Below, one piece after another: positions 35,212-43,121 of a DNA stretch of 64,000 nucleotides (its first letter is position 1; each line of letters starts with the position of its first letter). The stretch comes from Chloroflexota bacterium (GTDB taxonomy: Bacteria; Chloroflexota; Anaerolineae; Anaerolineales; VGOW01), in contig VGOW01000008.1 of NCBI GenBank assembly GCA_016875735.1, positions 21,183 to 85,182 of the forward strand, read 5' to 3'. The position numbers were made by a program, and so were the translations under genes. A model generated the notes under the pieces. That model worked only from the letters and a program-made list of their open reading frames with translations, made no database searches and was not told the DNA's origin.

Positions 35212-36095
35212 GGTTTTCTTTCCTTGGTCATGTTTTCGCAGATGAACATTGAGGGGCACACGCGGCTGGCTTCGCCCATTGTTAGCACCCACAGTCGGTT
35301 CGCGCCGTTGGAGCCGCGGCCCAATGTTTCGCGCAGGTAAGTATCCCACGTGGGATGCACATTGGCAAAGTGAAAGGGGGTGTTGAGCCAGTCGATGGAG
35401 GAGGGGCGGGAGAGGCCGTTGGGGTCGCGCACGTAGGTGTCGGCGCCGGGGATGAGGGCAGTGAGCACGCCGGGCCGTTGGAGGACGAGGTCTTCGGCCA
35501 GCGGCAGAAAATCTTGCGCGGCGGGTTCGGCGAATCGCGCTCCGGCGGCCCATGGTTCGCGCCACGGTTGAAAGTAGGAAAGGAAGTTGATGAGCGCCGA
35601 GCCACTGCAATAGACTCCCACTCCGCCGCAAAACCAAAGATAGCGGGCGGCGACGGCTTGTTGCACTTGCGCGTGCGAGTCGCCTTCGGTGTGGAAGACA
35701 ACGGCCAGCACTTCGTAAATGTCAGCCACGCCGTCGTCGGCGAACCACCACTCAGCGCGGTACACGCCGTTGGGATCGGCGAAGTCGCGCAGGGTGCTGA
35801 AGGCCTCGCCTTTCGAGCCTTCGGGGTCTTCGGCGGGAATGTAGGTTGCCAGTGTTTCGGCGATGCCCTGCGTGGCGTCGGGGATGGGGGTGGCGGTGGG
35901 CGGCGGCGAGGTGGGCGTGTTGGTTGGCCCGATGACGGCGACGACGACGAGCGGGGTGGGGGTGGAGCGGGAGGAGAGGAAGGCGTCGGATTGAGGGGAG
36001 GCGGAGCAGGAGGCGAGGAAGAGGGCGGCGGCGAGGAGGTAGGAGACAGGGGGCAGGGGGCAGGGGGCAAGTGGAAGGGTGATAGGGAAACGCAT
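35208..36095 (-). CDS. hypothetical lipoprotein
   Basis: MRFPITLPL...LLAAALFLASC lipobox and a Thr/Pro-rich linker. No recognisable domain. Confidence 0.6.
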   Translation of the reverse strand: MRFPITLPLAPCPLPPVSYLLAAALFLASCSASPQSDAFLSSRSTPTPLVVVAVIGPTNTPTSPPPTATPIPDATQGIAETLATYIPAEDPEGSKGEAFSTLRDFADPNGVYRAEWWFADDGVADIYEVLAVVFHTEGDSHAQVQQAVAARYLWFCGGVGVYCSGSALINFLSYFQPWREPWAAGARFAEPAAQDFLPLAEDLVLQRPGVLTALIPGADTYVRDPNGLSRPSSIDWLNTPFHFANVHPTWDTYLRETLGRGSNGANRLWVLTMGEASRVCPSMFICENMTKERKP

Positions 36096-36168
36096 TGGCA
36101 AGAGGAATGATACTCTATCTATTTGCCGTTCATGCAATCTCGGATACAATCACCGCCGTCACTCAATC

Positions 36169-36207
36169 AAAAGGTGACAGTCACTTTTTAAGTGACTGTC
36201 ACCTTTT
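36169..36207. promoter_or_regulatory. perfect 18-bp inverted repeat (AAAAGGTGACAGTCACTT-TTT-AAGTGACTGTCACCTTTT)
   Basis: Lies in a divergent intergenic region and ends 2 nt upstream of the -35 hexamer of the 36210-36237 promoter. Confidence 0.5.
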
Positions 36208-36209
36208 AA

Positions 36210-36237
36210 TTGACCCACGATGCGATGCGCATATAAT
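36210..36237 (+). promoter_or_regulatory. sigma70-type promoter
   Basis: TTGACC, 16 nt, TATAAT. This places the ORF-track ATG at 36220 inside the promoter and supports ATG 36283 as the start. Confidence 0.6.
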
Positions 36238-36282
36238 GTGGGTATCCTGAAATCCATTCCTCCCTCCTCCTTCATCCTTTTC

Positions 36283-38547
36283 ATGTTCCTCCCCGGCTAC
36301 CCGCCACACCCGTTTCCGCTCTCGCGGCACTTGCCGCCGTTGGGCGAAGGCATCGCCGCCGCTTACGGTGAACAGTTCAGCGCGCCGGGTGATGTGGTGA
36401 TCGACACCTTCGGCCAAACCCCGCGTGTGGCCCTCGAACTGGCCCGAACCGGCCGCCGAGTCATCGTCGCCAACAACAACCCCATTCTGCGCATTGCTCT
36501 GCGCGCCGCGCTCGATCCCATCCCGGCCAAAACACTGCGCGCCGCCCTCACCCGCCTGGCCGATTCGCGCCTCGCCAACGACCGGCTCGAAACCTATCTG
36601 CGCCGAGTCTATCGTTCCATTTGCCCCGATTGCAAAAGCGCCGTCGAAGTGGACGTGTTCCACTGGGAAAAAGAATCGCTGGCCGAAAAATCGTATTACT
36701 GCGAATCGTGCCACGAAGAAAAGACTCGCCCGGTGGATGTGGCCGACAAAGAATTGGCCGCTCGCTTCCCTGCGCGCGGCCCGCATTACCATTGGGCGAT
36801 GGATCGCATCGCGCCGCCCGATGACCCCGACCGCCAACTCATCGCCGACGCCCTCGAAGCCTACACCCCGCGCGCCCTCAGCGTCATCTTCACCATCACT
36901 CACAAAAGCAACGCCCTCAACTTCGATCCGCTCGAACGCCGCGCCATCGAACTGCTTTTGCTCATGGCTTACGATGAAGGCTCGTCGCTCGAAGGCGCGC
37001 GCCCGCGCACCCTCAAACCTCACGTCCGTTTCCGCGAGAGAAACATTTGGCTGGCCCTCGAACGATTGGCGCGCGACGAGGCATGGCAATCCGACGGCGG
37101 CCCGGCGGTGAAATTCGTTTCCCTTGCCGAACTTCTTTCAGACTCCTCCCCCGCCGTTGTTTTGCACGATGGATCGATCCGCGATCTGGCGAAAGCAGTG
37201 CCGCCCAAATCGGCGCCTTGCATGATCACCGCCCTGCCGCGTCCCAACCTCGTGTTGTGGACTCTCTCCACGGCGTGGGCCGGTTGGCTGTGGGGCGAGC
37301 CGTCGGCGCGGGCCATGCGCCAACTCATCCGCCGCCGACGCTACGATTGGGCGTGGCACGAGAACGCACTGCGAAGCGGATTCTCTGCCGCGCACCCGCT
37401 CCTCGCCAAAGGGAGCCGCCTCGTCACCCTTCTGCCCGAAGCCGAACCCGGCTTCGCCCACGCCGCGCTCATGGCCGCCGACGGCGCAAACTTCACCCTC
37501 ATCCGCCACGCCCTGCGCGCCGATCCGTCCGAAGCGCAATTCGTCTTTCAGCCCGATGCCCTCGCCGCCGAATCACCCAACGATCTCGAAGCGGCCATCA
37601 AAGCCCGCGCCGAAGAGTCGGCCTTTGCCGTTTTGCGCGAGCGCGGCGAGCCCACCCGCTGGAACATTCTCGGCGGCGCGATCTTCATCTCGCTGGCCCG
37701 CGATCATCTTTTGCGCGCCGCGGTGGATGAGATCGTCGCCGAGCCGCTCAACTTCGTCACCGACACGGTGGAGACGGCGTGCCTCAATTCGCGGCGGCTC
37801 GTCGATCTGCGCGCCGATGAACATGAAGGCGAAACCGTTCGGGCGGCCAACGTGTGGTGGTGGCTTTCGTTTCCGGGGGACGCCGCCCCCGAACCCCCGT
37901 TTGCCGATCGCGTGGAACACGCGGTGGCGCGCGCGTTGGCGGCGGCCCTTCGCGCCGAATCGGATTCGGCGATGATCGAGCGCCGCGTGTGCGAAAGTTT
38001 CAACGGCTTCAGTTTCCCCGATGGGAATCTTTTTCGGCGCTGTCTCGAATCGTACGGCGAAGAGAAAGATGGGCTGTGGCGTTTTCGCGCCGAAGACAAC
38101 CCGATGGAGCGCGCGGGTGACTTCGAGCGCATTGTGAGCAATTTGGGAACGCTGGGCCGGAGGTTGGGTTATTCGGTCGAGTCGAAACGCAGTGATGAGA
38201 TCGTGTGGCAGAATCCGGCGGTGGGCTCGCCTGCGTATATTTTCAATGTGTCCGACTCGGCGGAGATTGCGCGCTACGTGTGTCTTCCGGCCAAAGGGCA
38301 GGCGGGGCCGGGCGGCGCACATCGAGTGGTCGTCATTCCCGGCGGGCGCGCCGGGCTCATCGATTACAAACTCAAGCGCGATCCGCGTTTGCGGGCCGCC
38401 GTGGCGCAGGGCGGCTGGATGTTTCTCAAGTTCCGGCACGTGCGCCGCCTGCTCGAAGAGCCGATGCTCGACCGCGCCGATCTGCTCACTGTTCTCAGCC
38501 GCGATCCCATCGTCGAACAAAGCGCGGCGCAGTTGCCGTTGCTATAG
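36283..38547 (+). CDS. large hypothetical protein (N-terminal methyltransferase-like Rossmann remnant, Cys4 ribbon)
   Basis: VIDTFGQTPRVALELARTGRRVI resembles a degenerate SAM-binding motif I. A CPDC...CESC zinc ribbon is present. No other motif is recognised. Confidence 0.7.
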   Translation: MFLPGYPPHPFPLSRHLPPLGEGIAAAYGEQFSAPGDVVIDTFGQTPRVALELARTGRRVIVANNNPILRIALRAALDPIPAKTLRAALTRLADSRLANDRLETYLRRVYRSICPDCKSAVEVDVFHWEKESLAEKSYYCESCHEEKTRPVDVADKELAARFPARGPHYHWAMDRIAPPDDPDRQLIADALEAYTPRALSVIFTITHKSNALNFDPLERRAIELLLLMAYDEGSSLEGARPRTLKPHVRFRERNIWLALERLARDEAWQSDGGPAVKFVSLAELLSDSSPAVVLHDGSIRDLAKAVPPKSAPCMITALPRPNLVLWTLSTAWAGWLWGEPSARAMRQLIRRRRYDWAWHENALRSGFSAAHPLLAKGSRLVTLLPEAEPGFAHAALMAADGANFTLIRHALRADPSEAQFVFQPDALAAESPNDLEAAIKARAEESAFAVLRERGEPTRWNILGGAIFISLARDHLLRAAVDEIVAEPLNFVTDTVETACLNSRRLVDLRADEHEGETVRAANVWWWLSFPGDAAPEPPFADRVEHAVARALAAALRAESDSAMIERRVCESFNGFSFPDGNLFRRCLESYGEEKDGLWRFRAEDNPMERAGDFERIVSNLGTLGRRLGYSVESKRSDEIVWQNPAVGSPAYIFNVSDSAEIARYVCLPAKGQAGPGGAHRVVVIPGGRAGLIDYKLKRDPRLRAAVAQGGWMFLKFRHVRRLLEEPMLDRADLLTVLSRDPIVEQSAAQLPLL

Positions 38548-38553
38548 AGGCCT

Positions 38554-39087
38554 ATGAACCAAAAACGCTCTCTCGATTATTATCTTCTTTGGATCATCAC
38601 CCTCATTTCGCTCACACTGAATGTGATCGTCATCGCCTCGCTGCTCAACGCGCGAAGGCAGGCGGCCACTGCCTTTGGACAAGCGGCGGCGGTGGTGGCT
38701 CAGTTGAAACAAGTAACATTTGGCTACAACGTGGTGATTGATGAGGAGATTCCAATCGCTGCCGATGTGCCGGTCAACTTCACGGTGTCGGTGCCCATCG
38801 AGCAAAGCATCCCCATCAACACCATCGTCAACGTGCCGATTGAGTTTCCCATTGTCGGCCAGCGAACCATCACTGTGCCGATTTCGACGACCATCCCCAT
38901 CAGTCTCACGGTGGATGTGCCGATAGACCGAACACTGCCCATCGACGCCACCGTGCCGGTGAGCCTCAGTGTGCCCATCCGCATCAAAGTGGCCGACACC
39001 GCTTTTGCCGAAACGCTCGACGACGTGGAAACGATTTTGCTGGAAATGGCGAAGGAGATGGGGGCGGTGGTGAAGCAGAGTCCGTAA
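38554..39087 (+). CDS. hypothetical membrane-anchored protein with V-P-I repeats
   Basis: One N-terminal TM helix, then more than 10 repeats of (D/S/T)VP(I/V); 6 nt downstream of the preceding gene. Confidence 0.6.
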   Translation: MNQKRSLDYYLLWIITLISLTLNVIVIASLLNARRQAATAFGQAAAVVAQLKQVTFGYNVVIDEEIPIAADVPVNFTVSVPIEQSIPINTIVNVPIEFPIVGQRTITVPISTTIPISLTVDVPIDRTLPIDATVPVSLSVPIRIKVADTAFAETLDDVETILLEMAKEMGAVVKQSP

Positions 39088-39100
39088 CGGGGTGGGGCCG

Positions 39101-39763
39101 TTACTCCCGTTCGAAGCGCACGACCATGGCCGGTTGCGCGGCGTGGAGTTTATACGAGGTCCGAGGGGGCAGAATGGTGAGCTGCCCCTGCTCGAGACGC
39201 GCGCCGCCCTCGTCGAGTTCGATCCCCACTGCGCCCTGAATTGCATATAACAGAGTCCCGCTGGCCGGGCTGGTTTGACTGCTGCCGAATCCATTGGCGA
39301 GAAACGCGGAGAGGCAGTGGCCTTCCATCATTGCCACTGCCGCAGGCTCGAAGGGGCGCGAGCTCTCGTTGGCGAATCCGCTCAAGCGGGCTTTTACCAA
39401 CGGCGCCGAGTCATCGGTCACCAAATAGTTGCGGTGGCCGTTTTTTCTTTGGGGCAGAACTTGTTGGCGGAAGAGGATGACCACCGAGCGCAGAGCCGAT
39501 TGTGAGCGATGGGCCACGCCTTTGGGGATGAGCATGGCTTCGTTGGGGTAGAGGGTGGCTTTGCCCAGTTCGGTTTCGAGGCGCAGGCTGCCCTCGTGGA
39601 CGAGGAATATCTCATCCTCGTCAATGTGCTTGTGCCAATCGAGCTGCCCCTGCGCCACATAAAGATGCGCGCCCATATCGCCGATGAGGCCGAGCAGCAC
39701 GAGCGCGAACGGTTGATCGATGCGTTCGGCTCTTTCGGCGAGGGAGTGAATGGCGAGAAGCAT
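39101..39763 (-). CDS. bicupin-like protein
   Basis: DWHKHIDEDEIFLVHEG...LIPKGVAHRS cupin motif and a second degenerate barrel. ATG 39763 is chosen because the upstream extension is encoded by the heptamer array. Confidence 0.72.
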   Translation of the reverse strand: MLLAIHSLAERAERIDQPFALVLLGLIGDMGAHLYVAQGQLDWHKHIDEDEIFLVHEGSLRLETELGKATLYPNEAMLIPKGVAHRSQSALRSVVILFRQQVLPQRKNGHRNYLVTDDSAPLVKARLSGFANESSRPFEPAAVAMMEGHCLSAFLANGFGSSQTSPASGTLLYAIQGAVGIELDEGGARLEQGQLTILPPRTSYKLHAAQPAMVVRFERE

Positions 39764-39764
39764 G

Positions 39765-39836
39765 GACGAATGACGAATGGCGAATGACGAATGATGAATG
39801 ATGAATGACGGGTTGCCATTCATCGCTCATCGTTGG
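39765..39836. repeat. heptamer array (AATGACG x6) plus short complementary arm
   Basis: aatgacg aatggcg aatgacg aatgatg aatgatg aatgacg, then ggttgccattcatcgctcatcg. Confidence 0.7.
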
Positions 39837-39837
39837 T

Positions 39838-41217
39838 TCACTCCGGCGGCTCGATGTGCACGACAACGCGGTTGAGCTGCGGCAGGTTGGCGTGCAATCT
39901 GCGTTCCACTTCTTCGGCGAGGGCGTGCGCCGCCGTGAGCGGCTCGGCGGCCGATTGGGTGACGTGCACGGTGGCGGCGATGTGCCCGCTGATGTGATGC
40001 ACTTGAATATCGTGCGCCGCGCCTGCGCCGGTGACCGAGTCCGTGATTTCGCGGATTCGGGATTCGAGCGCGTCGGGCTGAGTCGGGTCATCTTCATCCG
40101 GCACCGTATCGCGCAGTGGCTCGATGTGCGTGGTCACACAATCTATGCGTGGCATGGCTTGGCGAATGCGCCGCTCCAATGTGTCGGCGATGGCGTGCGC
40201 TTCGCCCAGCGAAAGAGCTGCCGGAACTTCAACGTGCATCTCCACGCAATACAACCCCGACTTCTCTTCGTGAATGTGCAGATCGTGGACTCCGACTCCG
40301 AGCGCGTCGGCTTCGGCGCGGATACGCACGGTGATCGCTTCCCACTCGGTTGGCGGCGCCCCTGTGGCCGGTTCGATATGAACGACGGCATCCACCACTC
40401 CGGGCACTTCCGATTGGAGCCGCCTCTCCACTTCGCTGGCGATGGCGTGCGCTTGCGCGGTGGACATGGCCGGATCGACTTTGACGTGAACATCAATGTA
40501 AGCCGAGTCGGCGGCGCCGCGCGAGCGAGCGCGATGGGCGTAGCGCACGCCCGGCACTGCGCTGGCGGTCTTCTCGATGAGATAGGGGTTGATCACCGAG
40601 GCGTCGGTGAGAATGTACGAGGTGCGTTTGAGGATGTCGTAGGCGGCGAAGACGATGAGGACGACGACTCCGGCGGCGACGATGAGATCGACCCAACCGA
40701 ATCCGGCCCGGGCGGCGATGAGGGAAACGACCACCGACACGGTGACGAACAGATCGGTGCGGGTGTGGGCGGCGTCGGCGAGGAGAATGTCGGAGTGGAG
40801 GGCGCGGCCCTGCTGAGTCTCGTAGAGGACGATGGCGAGGTTGACGACGAACGTGGCGGCCATGATGGCGATGTCGAGCGGGGAGACTTCGGGCGCGGCG
40901 GGCGCGGTGAGCCGGGCGATGATGCTTTGAACGATCTCCCATGACACGAGGAGCAACATGCCGCCGATGGCGAGGGTGGCAACGGTTTCGTATTTGCGAT
41001 GGCCGTAGGGGTGGTTGCTGTCGGGGGGGCGCGAGGCAACCCACAGACCCAAGAGGCCGATGATGTTCGAAGAGGAATCGATGATCGAATGGAAGCCGTC
41101 GGCGATGACGGAGAGAGCGCCGGTGGCGAAGCCGATGATGAGTTTGACGATCGTGATCAGCACGTTGAGGCCGAGCACGATGAGGAGGACACGGCGGGTG
41201 AGTTGAGAGCGGGTCAT
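39838..41217 (-). CDS. cation diffusion facilitator (CDF) transporter with three tandem C-terminal domains
   Basis: TM region with ADGFHSIIDS and HPYGHRKYE motifs. Three consecutive segments of about 75 aa each end in HIEP. Confidence 0.9.
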   Translation of the reverse strand: MTRSQLTRRVLLIVLGLNVLITIVKLIIGFATGALSVIADGFHSIIDSSSNIIGLLGLWVASRPPDSNHPYGHRKYETVATLAIGGMLLLVSWEIVQSIIARLTAPAAPEVSPLDIAIMAATFVVNLAIVLYETQQGRALHSDILLADAAHTRTDLFVTVSVVVSLIAARAGFGWVDLIVAAGVVVLIVFAAYDILKRTSYILTDASVINPYLIEKTASAVPGVRYAHRARSRGAADSAYIDVHVKVDPAMSTAQAHAIASEVERRLQSEVPGVVDAVVHIEPATGAPPTEWEAITVRIRAEADALGVGVHDLHIHEEKSGLYCVEMHVEVPAALSLGEAHAIADTLERRIRQAMPRIDCVTTHIEPLRDTVPDEDDPTQPDALESRIREITDSVTGAGAAHDIQVHHISGHIAATVHVTQSAAEPLTAAHALAEEVERRLHANLPQLNRVVVHIEPPE

Positions 41218-41290
41218 GATGACAGAGTGTGATACTGCCCTGCATTTTACCCGGCTCTGCGTAATTCTGTGAGGCAGGGAGTCGGGCGAT

Positions 41291-41470
41291 CTACGGCTTG
41301 CCTAAAGTCGTCGCCTTGAAACGATGGGCTTCTCCGGGGAACGCGGATGGACGCAATCCACCAAGAAATCGAACGGGCCGGTGGTGGGTTGCAAATTGGT
41401 CAGGTCGTCCTCGATCCATGCCCCACGGGGCGCGCATTTTGCTGTAGAGCAAGTTGTAAAACCATTTCAT
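41291..41470 (-). pseudogene. 59-codon ORF with strong SD; possible methyltransferase gene remnant
   Basis: GGAGG lies 5 nt upstream of ATG 41470. MKWFYNLLYSKMRAPWG resembles N-termini of class I SAM methyltransferases, but the motif I region is absent. Confidence 0.25.
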
Positions 41471-41502
41471 GCGCGCCTCCGCAGGGGGAGAATAGCATTG
41501 GG

Positions 41503-41895
41503 TCAGGCGCTCTCCGCCTCGGCCTGCCGCGCAAACAGCACGCCGGTGACGATGAAGACGATGTAGCCGACGGTATCGTAACCGCGCGCGATCAAATAGA
41601 TGTCGTCCAGCACGCCGTGCAGAAACTCCAGCCAGACGAGCAGCCAGACCGAGCCGAGGTAGCGGCGCGGATTGCGCGAGGCCCACAGCATGAAGGTGGA
41701 GATGCCCAATATCTCAAACGCAAAGGGCGACCAACCACCCACGAAAGCCATAATAGTGTCGGGGGTGGTGAGGAAGGGAAACGTCGTCATGTCGCCGATA
41801 GAACTTGGGTTGAGGAGGACGAAATATATGTTCATCAGCGCCAACAACAGATAGAATACGCCGACGATGCGGAACCACCAGATGAGTTTCTTCAT
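41503..41895 (-). CDS. hypothetical 4-TM membrane protein
   Basis: 130 aa with four hydrophobic helices; ATG with upstream AAGGAGA. Confidence 0.65.
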   Translation of the reverse strand: MKKLIWWFRIVGVFYLLLALMNIYFVLLNPSSIGDMTTFPFLTTPDTIMAFVGGWSPFAFEILGISTFMLWASRNPRRYLGSVWLLVWLEFLHGVLDDIYLIARGYDTVGYIVFIVTGVLFARQAEAESA

Positions 41896-41928
41896 GAGAG
41901 TCTCCTTGGGTGAATTGAGAACAGAATG

Positions 41929-41950
41929 GGCAAGACCTGTGAGGTCTGCC
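41929..41950 (-). terminator. hairpin downstream of the cytochrome c gene
   Basis: GGCAGACCT-CAC-AGGTCTTGCC on the minus strand. The T-tract is weak. Confidence 0.45.
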
Positions 41951-41954
41951 CCGA

Positions 41955-42932
41955 TTATGGCGCGATGGTGAGATAGGCGTACAGCGCCGCCAGATCATCG
42001 TCGGTCATCTTCGAGGCGTTCTCCCACGGCATAGCCTCCGGGAAGGGCACGCCGTTCGGCTTGAGGCCGGAGCGCATCATTGCCGCAAATTGCGTTTGTG
42101 AGAGTGTGCTGACCAATGGGCGCGGATTGGGCACGGCTGGGCCAAAAGACGATTCGGCCACACCCGTCGCATCTGGCCCATGACAGCCCCGGCATTCACC
42201 GTAGGTCGCCACATACTTGCCGTATTCGACGGATGTGTCCGCGCTCGGCGCGGCGATGGTATCGGGCTTCGGCGCCGGGGCGGGGAACATGCCCGCGCCG
42301 AACAACAGCGCGCCGATGAAGTTGGCGTTGTCGCCGGTGGGGCCATTGGGCGTGACGGCGGGCTGAGAGCGCAGGAAGGCGATGAGGGCTTCGGTGTCGG
42401 CATCGCTCAATTCGCCATAAGGGAGCAAGGACATGAAAACCAACATCTGGCCGTCTTTGTTCACCCCATGCCGGATGGCGCGGAACAATTCGCCGTCGCT
42501 GTAGTTCGCCAGCTTGCCGACGGGGGTTAGATTCTCGGTGGCGACTTGCCCCATGAAACCAAAGCCTTCCGCCTCGCCGATGTTGTAGCCGCCGGAGAGC
42601 GGAAACGTTTCGGTCGGCTCGCCGTTGGCGTCCACCTGGCCGTGGCAACCTACGCAGTTGATGTTTGCCAGATATTCGCCGCGCGCAATTTGATCCGGCG
42701 TGCCTTCCACTTTGAGGCCGGGCGCGGGTTTAGCGCCGGGGAAGTAAAGAATGGCAATACCCCTGCCGCCCGCAAAAGTGACGGCGGCCAGAATCAGCGT
42801 GAGGATGCCCGCGCCGAGTCCACCCGCAATCTTCACCCATAGCCGTCTGGCGCGCACGGCCTTCCACGTGAGCCAGCCTGCGCCGATAGTGAGAAGAACG
42901 AGAACGAGAAAGATGAGGATGTTTACGATCAT
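41955..42932 (-). CDS. membrane-anchored di-heme c-type cytochrome
   Basis: AGGAGG upstream of ATG 42932. N-terminal TM helices and two CxxCH motifs (CVGCH, CRGCH). Confidence 0.85.
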   Translation of the reverse strand: MIVNILIFLVLVLLTIGAGWLTWKAVRARRLWVKIAGGLGAGILTLILAAVTFAGGRGIAILYFPGAKPAPGLKVEGTPDQIARGEYLANINCVGCHGQVDANGEPTETFPLSGGYNIGEAEGFGFMGQVATENLTPVGKLANYSDGELFRAIRHGVNKDGQMLVFMSLLPYGELSDADTEALIAFLRSQPAVTPNGPTGDNANFIGALLFGAGMFPAPAPKPDTIAAPSADTSVEYGKYVATYGECRGCHGPDATGVAESSFGPAVPNPRPLVSTLSQTQFAAMMRSGLKPNGVPFPEAMPWENASKMTDDDLAALYAYLTIAP

Positions 42933-43025
42933 TAAGTTTGCCTCCTGATGAAGTTGAATACGATGGCGCCACTGTAGAAGCAAAGGTGTCCCGCCGTCAT
43001 GGGGCGGGTGTCCCGATTTAGCCGG

Positions 43026-43100
43026 GACAAACAAAAACTCCCAACTCCGAAGAATCAAACTGCCAAACAGTGCGCAGCAATGATTTGGAGTTGGGAGTTT
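43026..43100 (-). terminator. long hairpin terminator built from CCAAACT/GGAGTTGGGAG words downstream of PBP1A
   Basis: The arm at 43081-43100 pairs with the arm at 43036-43058. It is followed on the minus strand by TTTTTGTTTG. Confidence 0.55.
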
Positions 43101-43121
43101 GAGATTCGAGATTCGCGCCTT

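Noticed and set aside
35212-35637. N-terminal extension of the amidase ORF (33529-35637).
   Set aside because: It overlaps the upstream lipoprotein gene and has Arg-rich composition. The ATG at 35211 forms an ATGA junction and begins a sequence with normal composition.
36199-37089. 296-aa minus-strand ORF opposite the 755-aa orphan gene.
   Set aside because: It would begin inside the plus-strand CDS and run through the promoter and palindrome region. Its composition is typical of a GC-rich antisense frame.
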